A DNA stretch of 63,554 nucleotides, the filler included, from Atractiella rhizophila (taxonomy: Eukaryota): assembly GCA_021432655.1 (NCBI GenBank). It is 3 parts of 3 records of this genome, joined end to end, with 100 filler letters (N's around TTAATTAATTAA, not from the genome) between each part and the next. Parts side by side here need not be neighbours in the genome. Positions count along the whole stretch, not along the records: positions 1 to 30,333 come from MU271710.1; positions 30,434 to 60,691 come from MU271711.1; 1 more part is not named here. One strand, written 5' to 3'. The first letter of the stretch is position 1, and every line of letters begins with the position of its first letter. The position numbers and the translations under genes were made by a program. Of the stretch, positions 23,901 through 35,277 are shown in pieces. Under the pieces are notes generated by a model that worked only from the letters and a program-made list of their open reading frames with translations, was not told where the DNA came from and did no database searches.

Positions 23901-25083
23901 TGAGTAGCGTTGTGCATCAGATGCTACTGATCAGGATTTGATTGTCACTTTGTTGAAGGAGAAGAAGCTGCATGCTGCCAAGCTCGGTGAAGTGAAGGTC
24001 TGGGAGAAGGCATACAACCCTCGCAGTCATACGGAAGCTGACGACGACGATTTCGAAAAGTCTGCTATCAATCAGGAAGACGCTTCTCGCTACGTTCGAC
24101 TGAAGCAACTTTTGCGGTATGTTACGCCAGCACTCCTTGCATACGATATGGCTGACAGATGATGCAGGGCATACACGTTGAAAAGGGATCGAGAGAAATT
24201 CGTCGATCTCATCCACGAGAACAACACACCAGTGCTCCTTAAATCCACGATTTCCGTCTTTTATTCCGCCATTTACAAGCTCGCCAACGCTTCTGATCTC
24301 GCCAGTCGATTAGGAGAGCTTCAAGCTTTCTTAACGGATCTGATCAACGTTTCTCTATCTAAGAACAACTCTCCTGCTGACTACATCAGCCTTGCCAAAA
24401 GGCACGATCAAGCTTTATGGATGATCCTGCATGAGGCCCATGCGTTTGGAGGGGATCTTACGATCCCAATCTACGAGTGGTGCAAGAGCGGCTTGTCCTT
24501 CATCTCTGAAGGAATCCCGTCCTCTTCTGAAGAGAAAGGTCGACTCGCTGTCGATTTCGAAGCGCTCCTTGGAAATGTTGATCCGGAGACGCGAAGGGAC
24601 ATTTTGGAAGAAATGGATGATCTTATCTTCTACACGAAGTACTACAAAGCCGCTGCAGATCTTCGATTGCGTATAGACTTGCTTCGCATCGATCACCCCG
24701 AATGGGATATCTCCTACTCTTCTACATTGAAGGATGTTCTAGAGCGGGATCCAGAGACACAGTCATATCTGGACAGGGTTGGGGGAGAAGAAGTTACGGA
24801 TCTCAGCTGGGCATGGTGGAGTGAGAACTTGCATGAAGGGGTAGTGGACTGGAAGAAGGTCGAGGAGCAGAACGCATTGAAGACAACGAGCAAGAAGACG
24901 AAGTTGGAGAAGAGAAGCTCGAGCGTCAAGTCAGTCCCGAAGGCTGCCAATGTGAAGAAGGAGGATGTCGCTTTCTCTGCTCTCCCACCACCAAAGTTGG
25001 TGAAGACGCGGCAGTTGTTGGACGGATATGTTGACGCTATTAAAGACGGACTAGATCTTGCTAAAGAGAAAGCGATTAAGTGA
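19358..25083 (+). CDS. LEC1: PX-domain protein of the YPR097W/Lec1 family (PXB + PX + DUF3818) with a long charged, low-complexity N-terminus; multi-exon
   Basis: LTLMQRHYLNKSLV..EMQREW..GALTKYGPPF (PXB-like); FVNNFPGL..YWQKNIQPFFD; MPYGLMKQGLKMINP; KRDREKFVDL; exon 1 at 19358-19528, then an 801-nt intron to 20329. Confidence 0.8.
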
Positions 25084-25251
25084 AAAATACTGAGACCATT
25101 CTTGCTGGATTCATTTGCGAAGGACTATTTTTATTGTCAGGTTGAATTTTGTTGTTTGGAGTCCCTTGGGATATGGATTTTCTATACATCCATGTCGATC
25201 AAGAGACAGTCTCTAGATAGATACCAGGTGTATGTTCATAAGGCACTCGCT

Positions 25252-26110
25252 CTACTCTTTGGCCTTCTCGAGCGCTTTCACCATTTTCACGCTTTGCTCA
25301 ATCGGCACAATGTTGTCCTTCTCTCCATGATGCACCCATTGTGGAATGTCTTTGATCAGAGAAACTCGAAGAGGATCTCCTCCTCCGCAGAGAGGGAGAA
25401 GTGAGGCAAAAGTTTCTGGACGGTGGAGGGCGAGGGACCAGGTGCCGTATCCGCCCATCTGCTCGCTAGATCATCAGCAGTATTTATTTTGCGGAGGAGG
25501 TGAAGGAGCATGCACGGAGAGCCCGGTGACATGTACGCGAGAAAGATCGATGGAATACGTGTCGAGTATTTCGTCCAAAAGGGCGGAAAGCACGGTTGGA
25601 TTCCATCCATATCCATTCGCTTCGGCACAACGACCAGAGTTAGATTACGATAATGGAGGAGGTTGACGAACTCATATCAAGCACTGGTGTGACAGTTACG
25701 AACTCCTCAGCTACAAGTTTGCAGACCTCGACATCCACAGGGTCGGCCGCAAAGTCGACTCCTTTATTCGGATTCCTCCCTTTCAGCTTGCTTGCTTGGG
25801 GGATGTCCACCTTCGGCTCTTTCCCGCTCTTCCAACGATCGTAGCAGAGCACGATTTTTGGCACGCCGTGCCTCAAAGCGGGATAGGATTCCCCGGCGGT
25901 CCGTTGAGATTCGCCCGCACCGTGGAGGAAGAGGAGGAGTGGCCAATGACGCGTGGAGTCTTCCGTATAGGCGGGAGGGAGGGAGAGGTAGTACGTGTAT
26001 GAGAAGGCAGCTGGGGAGATGATCTGTTGGTGATAGGTGAACGAGATGTGGGTAGTTGTGGCATATGAATGTCCAGGATTGAGCAGAGCCTTGGAACTTG
26101 AAGGAATCAT
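25252..26110 (-). CDS. Alpha/beta-hydrolase (phospholipase/carboxylesterase, COG4099-like), with introns
   Basis: WPLLLFLHGAGE; nucleophile motif VTGFS|MGGYGTW across an intron; PLCGGG; WVHHGEKDNIVP. Confidence 0.85.
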
Positions 26111-27696
26111 TGTGATTGATGAGTGAGGTTCTGATCCTTGGTGGCCAGAGGGACGAATGTCGAAAGTCACAATGCTCGCCTTGCAGGGACGACGTCGACC
26201 CGTCGTCGGAGATGCGCAGACGTGGGCAATGAGATATTAGAGCGTGATCTCTTCGTCCTGCCAGCGCCTACTTCAGCTGGCCTGACCTCTTCCCCCGCTC
26301 TCACGTCATCTGACAGTGTTTGACGTAGCCATCAAGTTCTCCCTGTCATAAAAGGAGTAGAGACAAGAATTCCCCCCCGTGACACCTCATTTCGATCTTT
26401 GAGACTCCTCCGCCGACTACCAAATAGTATCAACAACTGCAACCAAAAGCGAGATCATGCCTTGCAGGTTCGCTGCTCCAGAATTCACTCTGAAACTGCA
26501 ATGAAAATGGAATCTGATGTGGATGCAGCAACGACAAATGCAGCTGCTCCGGCACTGCTGGTGCCCAATGTTCCTGCGGCAGCAGTGCGTTATTGCTCCT
26601 CCAGCCTCCTGTCCTGAATCGAGAAGGTTGACGTTATCGTGGATGAATGCTAGGCTGCTCGTCTTGCGACGCTGGCAAGTGCAACTGCGGTCAGAAATGA
26701 AAGCAGATATCCCTTTAACTAGGGGTTCCCTGTGCGTTTTCTCTTGTGCAATCTAAACTCTTGCTGAAGAAGACGCAGAGCACGATTTCCCAATTTCGAA
26801 TAATGTACTATTAAAGATTGCGAGACAAATGAATCACAAGAGATCAGTTAGCCCCTATTACAGGTTCATATTACAGGTTCATATTGTACCTAGCTTTTGA
26901 TGACGTACAAGTTGAGGAGAGGACGACCTAAAGCCTGAGAAAACGAACCAGGTCAAACGAAAAAGAGGTATTTGCGAGGCGTAGACGTTTTCAGTGCTGG
27001 TGCAGCAGGTCCTCCAACATTAAACGCGCAGATGTGAGCACGAAAGTTGGCCACAAAGACCAACACTGGTGTCGATAGCTAGGTAGTCAGGAATCCGCTT
27101 TGTAACAACGTGCTGAAAGAATGGCACTGTATGAGCAATCCTCTGGTCCTTCAGAAGAACCACACTCTCAGTGACGGTCACCGGTAAAAACGAGTTCTAG
27201 CATGTCTGGAATGTACTAGCGGTAGAAAACACGTTTTTTCTCTTGCTGGGTGGAGGCTTGGAAACGTATCATCGTTCCACACTTTGAAGCCTTGGATATC
27301 TGCTGCTGTTGAAAATCAATCATGCCTGGACCAGCTTGAATGACTGGTTATGGCCGGAGAAAGAAATAAGCAGGCCAATAACACGAAAAGAGACGCTTTG
27401 ATCGAGCTCACCTTATGTACACGTGTTACGTCAACCTCGAGAATACCTCCCGACTGGGAGACCTTGATGAGGTCGTGGGGAGTCGCGGGTTTGCGCAAAC
27501 TGACAGTCTGGCAGCTTTGCATGGGAATTTGGAACAACCCGCAACTGGTCAACGACCATCTCACTCTCTGGTGAGTCTTCCGGTGATTTCTCTAAGGTAT
27601 TAGGCTATACTTTACTAGGAATAACTGCTGATGTTCCTCTGTCAGGTACATCTGCGCTACAACCTTTCAATCTCTGAATTGAGACATCGAGTGAAG

Positions 27697-29253
27697 ATGA
27701 CGTCCAGCTCCGCTACTATACCTCTCGAGATTATTGGCGTCATCCTCGCGTTCCTTCCTACCTGCGACTTGCTTCAATGCCACTTGGTGAGCGCAGAATG
27801 GAAGTCGCTCGCTCGTCCTTTGCTCATTTCGAAAACGACTATCGTATTTGACACTTCGCACGACCCTCTTAAAGACGGCGGTTTTCAGCGTTATTTATTC
27901 CGATTGCAACGATTTTTCGACAACGAGCTCAACTTTCAATATGTACGAAGGATTTCGATGAACGCCTTTGCATTCACATTCAACCAGCCATTGTGGAAAG
28001 AACCCGAGGGCGAGGAGAAGGATCCGATGGACAGAAAATTCGGCGGCGACGATGGTTCGAACATTTTGGCTCGCGATTATGTTCGCTCGTTCATCGAGAA
28101 CGCGTCTCCTTACATCACCTCCTTGACGTTTGAAGTTGACTTTTTCGCCTTTTTCGGTTGGGAGTCCATGCAAAAATGGCCGTTTCCTTCTCTGCCAGCT
28201 TTGACAGACATCAAGATCCAATATGTTCCTACCCGATCTATATCTGCCATATTTCCCCTGCTTGGGGCGTCACGACAACTAAAATCCTTGGAATGCACCT
28301 TTGGAACTGCAGACGTCGATGTAGCTGAACACAGTTTCAAGTTGCAAAGTCTTTCCTTGAATTCTGCAATTGTTCCAGCAAAGCTTCCTTCCCTTTCAAA
28401 TCTAAAGGATCTTCATGTCCACGCTATAGGAAGAACTCCAGCAGAACTCGGTCATGTCGCAAATCTGCTTCAACTTGCTTCTCCTACAGTGCAAACCCTC
28501 AATCTTGCACTGCTCCACACTCAAAATGAGCACAGGCATCTTGTCCGATTCCCCGTTGTTTTCCCTCGCTTGAGGCAGTTGAGCGTTTCCGGACCTTCCG
28601 ACCAACCAAGGCGCCTCGACGTTTTGGAAGTCCTACCTTTATTACCACATTTCCCAACTATGGACATCGTCGCCATCAAACATAGTGCAATATGTCTCAA
28701 AGCTCCTTCATTCGAACCTTGGGTGTTTAGACCCATAAACGTCTTGTTACAAAATTGCGACTTCAGCTACACCGGATTATCATCTCTATTTACCACAAAG
28801 CGAAACATGATCTCCTTTCATGTCGCTCCGCTCGAAGGGATCCGGTCCCAGTCCGCCATGGATATCTTGCGCTTTGCTAATGATTGCCAGGGATTTCTGC
28901 AGCTCTTCGAGTCGACAACCACCAGCGATCCCATACGTGATATGGAGCTCCTTTCCGTCGTTCCACACATACATTGCACATGCTGTCTTTCCATCGTTGG
29001 TTTTTCAGCTGGTGCCTTACTTTCTTTCAATGGGAAGGAAGATGCGGGAGTCTGGTTGGCTTTTGCCGATACTATCAACCGTCACTCTTTTCCGGGGATC
29101 CAGGAATACTCTATTGGGTCGGAAAGAGAGCCTGTGGAGGTTAGGACTCAAGCAGGGAGAGACGCGATTCGAGCCTTAGAGTTAGCCGTGGAGCAGCAAA
29201 ATGTTATGCCGTTGAGCACTTTTGTGGAATACTTCGAGGATGACGCACCTTAA
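27697..29253 (+). CDS. F-box protein with LRR-like C-terminal region (intronless)
   Basis: IPLEIIGVILAFLPTCDLLQCHLVSAEWKSLARPLL is an F-box; LxxLxL repeats follow (LPALTDIKI, LQSLSL, LKDLHV, FPRLRQLSV). Confidence 0.8.
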   Translation: MTSSSATIPLEIIGVILAFLPTCDLLQCHLVSAEWKSLARPLLISKTTIVFDTSHDPLKDGGFQRYLFRLQRFFDNELNFQYVRRISMNAFAFTFNQPLWKEPEGEEKDPMDRKFGGDDGSNILARDYVRSFIENASPYITSLTFEVDFFAFFGWESMQKWPFPSLPALTDIKIQYVPTRSISAIFPLLGASRQLKSLECTFGTADVDVAEHSFKLQSLSLNSAIVPAKLPSLSNLKDLHVHAIGRTPAELGHVANLLQLASPTVQTLNLALLHTQNEHRHLVRFPVVFPRLRQLSVSGPSDQPRRLDVLEVLPLLPHFPTMDIVAIKHSAICLKAPSFEPWVFRPINVLLQNCDFSYTGLSSLFTTKRNMISFHVAPLEGIRSQSAMDILRFANDCQGFLQLFESTTTSDPIRDMELLSVVPHIHCTCCLSIVGFSAGALLSFNGKEDAGVWLAFADTINRHSFPGIQEYSIGSEREPVEVRTQAGRDAIRALELAVEQQNVMPLSTFVEYFEDDAP

Positions 29254-30333
29254 AATGACGACTCGATGGCATCTGGCTGTCAGAGATCCCTCTTGGCCAG
29301 CATGCGCCGTCCTATAGCTTCGAATATGTGTTGTATTCATCTGTTATTCCTTTCTTTTACCAAGAATGTTGTTAACAAAATCGAGGGTAGCGATATTATT
29401 GAGCAAATAGCAATGAAAATGCTTTATTCGTTATCCTGAAAATCCGGCCTCATGTCAAAGGCTCACTTAGTTCGTACCCATCATACAGTTGTCAGATCGC
29501 CCTTTATACGATCCTGATGGTTCTACCGTCCCCTTCTCTTAATAACGCCACCGTAAACGCCCCAGCGAGTTTAAATCGTGCTTCATTTATCGAGATTGAC
29601 GACCAAAATGTTGGTGCTGAACCATAATAATTACAATTGTCTAACAGCATCAAAAGAGAATGAGAGACGTACCATCTCTTAGGAAAATCTGCGCCAGCGC
29701 CGACTATTACGGGGCAACTCTGATTTGCAATCTAGTTCCCAATCGCATCAGCAATTGTCCGAAACAACGGGGTGAGTAAAGAAACCTACTCAATCTTCTG
29801 CTTTCGCTCATCGTCCTTCTAATCTCTCTTGCCCTCCTCCTCATCGTCCTCATCGAACAATCGCACCGCTGAAGTCAGGGAGTCATTTCCTCTAGTCTAG
29901 CCGTGGAATGAATGGCGGCATCGTTCAAATCCGAGAGGAGCGTCTAGAATGGAGTAGTTACCGAGGAGTCAGAGTGACAGACACTGAAATAAGCTTCAGT
30001 TTGAGTTGGACGGTGTGCTAGAGCGGTCACTGATGAGAGAAGGGGACGGAGTGAGCAATCGCCTCCGTCTATGTCCTCTGCCCATGAAGTTCCACTGATA
30101 ACTCCTCTTGAGGGTTGCAGCAGCTGCAAAGGTCAACTATTGGACGTTAGGTTGCTGTTTGTTGCGGTTGTAACAGTGACAGTCCGGATTGTCTGCCATT
30201 TAGACCCAAGACTTGGAGCCAGCGTTCCAGTAGTCGGTCGAGGCACCAATTGGGATGGAGGGAGAGATGTGATCCGAGAAACAGTAGGGAGGGCCGATTC
30301 GAGCCCTGGCGGCTTTGGAGGTCGTCCACTTCT

Positions 30334-30433
30334 NNNNNNNNNNNNNNNNNNNNNNNNNNNNNNNNNNNNNNNNNNNNTTAATTAATTAANNNNNNNNNNN
30401 NNNNNNNNNNNNNNNNNNNNNNNNNNNNNNNNN
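30334..30433. other. Artificial contig-join spacer (N44-TTAATTAATTAA-N44)
   Basis: Fixed 100-nt length with a six-frame stop linker, identical to 60692-60791. Confidence 0.97.
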
Positions 30434-30948
30434 CTGTACACTCTTGCAGCTGATCCCGGAGTACGAGAACTTGGGTTGACTTTGGGGCTTGGCTTCAACT
30501 CGATTCCTCAAAGCCAGATTGAGAAGAGTAGAGAAAGGGGAGGTACGGTCATCGATCCCACGGACGGCAATTACGCCCTCATCTACTACGAGAGTGTCTA
30601 CATGACCAATGTAACGGAACGGCTTGCTATTGAAAGCGAAGGCACTATCAATTTCCTGAATGGGTGAGCATTCCTGCAGTGGACAACTTGCACGTCCAGG
30701 AACTGATGCACCATCTACTGCAGAATAAAGCACTCGCCTGGAAAGCCATTTTATCTGAACGAGTCTGACAAGCGACAAATGGTTTTCGAGACTTATGGGC
30801 AATACGAGTTTATGAAACACGTCTACGCGAAGTACGACCCGACAAGGTATGATCTCTCCATCTTTTTCTTCCTGTATTGACGCAGTAACGGCTTGGGATG
30901 CTAAACAGGTTCAATGTTCGACATTCCGCCGGTCCGTCCGGACTCTGA
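30434..30948 (+). CDS. 3' fragment of an FAD-linked oxidoreductase, paralog of 31563-33456; 5' part lost at the gap
   Basis: LGFNSIPQSQIEKSRERGG..PFYLNESD..YAKYDPT|RFNVRHSAGPSGL*, with the same intron positions as the downstream copy. Confidence 0.85.
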
Positions 30949-31562
30949 ATCCGTTTTAGTTCTTGCTTCGACTGAACGGGGATACTCCATTGTGACTGAG
31001 TTATTATATAAATTTGATGACAGCTCTAACTGAGTATGCTATGATGTTCGAACCTCTCAGAGATGTAAAGAACACAATGGATCAATACGCAAAATGATGT
31101 TGGTATTTTTCAGTCTCTCTTCCGAGTCCATTAAGAGACAAATAAGATGGTTGGATAGCTTTGTGCAAGGAAGCAAGTAACAAATTAAGCTAAGCTAACT
31201 GTTGCTTTGTCGATTGTACATGCACGAATCGGTGCGATCCATGCATGTTGGCGAACTCAGTCGATAACTTCTAGTTGAATCCTATCCTCGCCCTCGCCGT
31301 TACGCCAATCAGTTTGTTGTTGACTCACCCATCATACACGAGGAAGCCCTGTTCTTACACAATGCACCGCCTTCAGCTCTGCGACTCTGCTTCTTCCCCG
31401 CACCCACCATATGCCTTTCCACCTGCGTTGTCGATCCTGGGTCTCCTCCTCCCCGGCTTGATGAGTTCGGCCGTCCACCGATCGCTTGACACAAAATTCA
31501 TACATATAAAGAAAGACACAAATCTGCCTTAGTACAACTTGGTGCTGAGGGAGGATTGCAAG

Positions 31563-33456
31563 ATGTATCTCTCCAACGTCACAGCTTCAGGTTATGCGAC
31601 CGCCTTCGCGGCATGTTCTTCCATCTTAGCCTCGCTCGGCGCTTCGAAGGTCGCAATGAAGGGATCGGAAGAATGGGAAGCAGGAAGGACGACCGCTCGA
31701 GATTATTTCAACCAACTCCAAAAGCCTGCGTGTATTGTCTTTCCCGAAGCTGCTGAGGATGTCCAGACGGCTATGAAAGCCATCTATCACCATGAGGCAG
31801 ATTACGCTGTACAAGCAGGTGGCCATAGCCAAATGACAGGATGGAACAAGTGCGCTGCGTACTGCCTCTCCAAGTTTAACGCGCTGAAGCTCTTTGAAGT
31901 GTTGATGACGGAGTTCTCATTCATTTCGAAGACATGAACAAATTCTCTTACGATGCCGAAGCTGACTCCGTTACTCTGCAACCTGGCGTTCGGTGGGGGG
32001 ATGTTTTGAAGGGTTTACAGCAATATGACGTGGCTGTAGCTGGAGGGAGATTAGGGTAAGTTCATTGTGTTCTTGTGATAGAAGCTGAGGTGCATGCTCG
32101 CCGTGCAGGGATGTAGGAACTGGACTCCTCCTTGGGGGTGGCTTCTGTTACTGGTCCCCCCAAGTTGGCTGGTCCGCCTCGACGATTCGAGAGGCGGACG
32201 TGGTATTAACGAATGGGACGCTGGTGACTGCTAGTGCGGATAATGAGCACGCAGATCTGTTCAAATGCCTGAAGGGAGGAGGTAATCGCTTTGGCATTGT
32301 GACCAGATTTGAAGTGAGTAGCTGTTTTTCTCTGATAAACATGATGCTAACGAAAGAGCTTCTTCATTGAGGTGGACGCAATACACACCGGTCCGAATGA
32401 GTGGTACGGTGGACTATTTCTAGTATACCTGCCACTCTCACCCCGTTTGGAGATGCTGATGCCTAATCCAGTATGACAACTCAACAGTTATGGACCTTTT
32501 GGATGCTTTCACGGCATTCGTTCGAGATACGGATGATCCGAAAGCTTGTCTGTTGCTCCTGACATTCTGTATCGCTGCAACTGACTGTTTGAATTCGGTA
32601 GCTGTCATGCAAGGCCTAACCTATGGAATTCTGCCAAATGGCACCATCACCAGCACACACCTCGTTGCCCCCATGTACAACGGACCATCATTTCCAGATG
32701 GCATGTTCGATGCTTTCATATCTATCCCGCATACGACGTATTTGCCCCTCGGCCCACTGACTTACAACGATGGGGTTGCGACAATCCTTGATTCAGTTCG
32801 CCGCTACCTCTTCCTTCCTGCGGATACGTGCTAAAACAACACTTGATCACAGACGACAGGTGGTGGCCCCAGGACGTTCGGGACAAATGCTCAAGTGGGA
32901 GACTATGACCTCTTCTACGATACCTTCACTTCATTTAACAACTTGCTGTACACTCTGGCTGCAGATCCAGATGTTCGAGAGCATGGGATGAGCTTCGGGC
33001 TTGGCTTCAACTCGATTCCTCAAAGCCAGATCGAGAAGAGCAGGGAAAGGGGAGGTACGGTCATCGATCCCACAGACGGCAATTACGCACTCGTCTACTA
33101 CGAGAAAATATACAACACGAATGTAACCAAACCGCTCGCCATCGAAAGTGAAGCGACCATCAATTTCCTGAATGCGTTAGTATTTCTGTCGTAGGCAACT
33201 TGTATGTCGACTGATATGCGCTACTGCAGAATAAAGCATTCGCCGGGAAAGCCGTTTTATTTGAACGAGTCCGACGAGCGACAAAAGGTTTTCGAAACAT
33301 ATGGTCAATACGAGTTCATGAAGAAGGTCTATGCGAAGTATGATCCTACTCGGTACGTCTGCTTTTTACCCCTATCTGCACTGCTTTAGTAGACTGAGGC
33401 ACTGGGGATGGAACAGTTTCAATGTACGACATACCAAAGGGCCTTCTGGACTTTGA
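31563..33456 (+). CDS. FAD-binding PCMH-type (berberine-bridge-enzyme-like) oxidoreductase, multi-exon
   Basis: PACIVFP..YAVQAGGHS (covalent-FAD His motif), GLLLGGG, DLFKCLKGGGNRFGIVTRF, C-terminal YDPTRFNVRHTKGPSGL*; start codon somewhat uncertain. Confidence 0.9.
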
Positions 33457-35277
33457 AAATCCCACGGATTGTGGGAAATCTGCCCGTAGCAATATATTGA
33501 ATTAGCAAATTTCTCAAACATCAGCTCCTCCTGATTCGAACTTGACTCTTATAAGCCAGCGGGCTATGGGAGTCTTATTTCCCACAATACAAGGTCCGTT
33601 ACTTACGAATGCTTCTGGCTCTCCCTTTGCCCAGGTTGTGCTCTGTTTATGCCGTGGTGGGCGAAGCAGTGTATTCCACACCTCTTTTTTTTGTTTTCCA
33701 AGTTAAAGAACCTCAGCATGCCTCCAGGGCTCCGTTGAAGTTGGAGTAAGCGTCATCGCACGTTGACAAACAACCAGAATGAGGCGGTTGTTTCCTGCTC
33801 AACGAACGGGGGAGTTCCATCCTTACGATGGCCGTTGTTGCGGGTCTCTTAGACGACCGTGGTCGAACTTCGATAAGGACGCCATCGATGTCAGTAAGTT
33901 CGGTTCACACTTTCAGCAAGTCCACGTTTCTGAGCTCATGGCGACTAGAGAACGGTCTGACGACATGAATCAGGAAGACTTGAGCAAGAATGAGTTCAAG
34001 GATGCTGAACAGCGGTGAAGAAAACCAGCAAGAGGGAGAGCGTTATGACCTCGTTGCCTATTCGAATACGGATAGCACAAGTCGCGTTCAAAATAATATA
34101 TCCCTTCTCTATCTCCAAACATAAAGCTGATACAAGTGTCACAGTCTAAGCGCGCTGTCGGTATCGAAGCTTTAACCGTACAGGGGGGTTTTTCAACTCG
34201 ATTTGTAGATTGAGGAGGTGCGGCTCCTCTCCGCGCGTGCTGTCCAATAGCCGAAAACTGACCAGATTAAAGACAACTTACCTCCTTTCTACCTGTGAAA
34301 ATCGAAAAAGAATATTCCACCCATCGGATCATGTGACAGCGTCTGAAATGCGAACACAGTGTGCTGTCTTCCCGAGCATCGTTCACACATACCCTTTCCT
34401 ACGGTAACCGTTCGACATAGAGTAGGTCGCAGCTGTCCCCCCGGATGCTGGCAACATCACCAGAGCCATTTCAACCGATTTCTCCTTCCAATTTGGCCCG
34501 CAACTCAAGAGTTCGGCAACCAGGTCGACCGCATCCCCAACAGACAGAACAAGTCACCAACCAATCAATGGCCAGACCATGTACCCTCCAACATATGGGA
34601 ATCAAGTTCCGACAGCCTGCTCCATCATTTCAGTGGGAACAGGCTATGCCGCCGCAGGGAATCTCCCTGGACTTGACATCACCATCGCCGTCACTGAACC
34701 GTCTTTGTCTATCCCACTGCTGGAGCGTCCGTTGTAGCCAGCTCTACCAACAATCGATGCCATCACTTTGCAGCCTATACCTGCAACAGAGGCTGGAATT
34801 TACATCAACCTAGACGACCTAGACGGTTTCACTGATCCTGGGAATATAAAGGGCTGGAATGCAATAATGGGGGGGCGTCAATAGAGGGATGGGTTATGTA
34901 AATAGGCAATCCTAGACTTGATATGTTAGTGGAAGCTTGCCTCTTTTTTGCGTTTGAGGTCTTTATTCGGTCAATATTGTCTTTCTCCTCTCCTGGAAGC
35001 TCAAGCGGTTACGTCGGCATATCTCAAAAGCTGCGATACTTCTCCGCATTTGTTTCCAGTTATCGGTGCTGGGAGCAGACCGTATCATGCGAAACATGCA
35101 ATCTCATTTTGTCAATTGATATGTGCACTTGTCAAAAGGTAATTGGAAAGACAGGACGACCAAATGACAAGAAATGTAACATCGTCAGGGAGTTAGATAA
35201 ATTCTTGTGAGGAAGACATTGGATGCTGGAGGATACAGTCAACTGGGCACAACGGTGGAAATGCCAACCCGCGTACA

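Noticed and set aside
26856..26885. Short tandem duplication TATTACAGGTTCA x2
   Set aside because: Only two copies in intergenic DNA; no supportable function
27350..27682. Short spliced ORF upstream of the F-box gene (..PPDWETLMRSWGVAGLRKLTVW..)
   Set aside because: Has a plausible intron but terminates before the F-box ATG and matches no family I recognise; may be a leader or remnant
29944..30333. Ser/Thr/Pro-rich minus-strand coding end next to the gap
   Set aside because: Too short and low-complexity to assign; truncated by the spacer
30378..30389. TTAATTAATTAA as a biological motif (piggyBac TTAA or PacI site)
   Set aside because: Embedded symmetrically in N-runs twice; an assembly linker
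33779..35210. Several 60-120 aa ORFs between the FAD oxidase and the F-box gene
   Set aside because: No domain signal; consistent with chance ORFs
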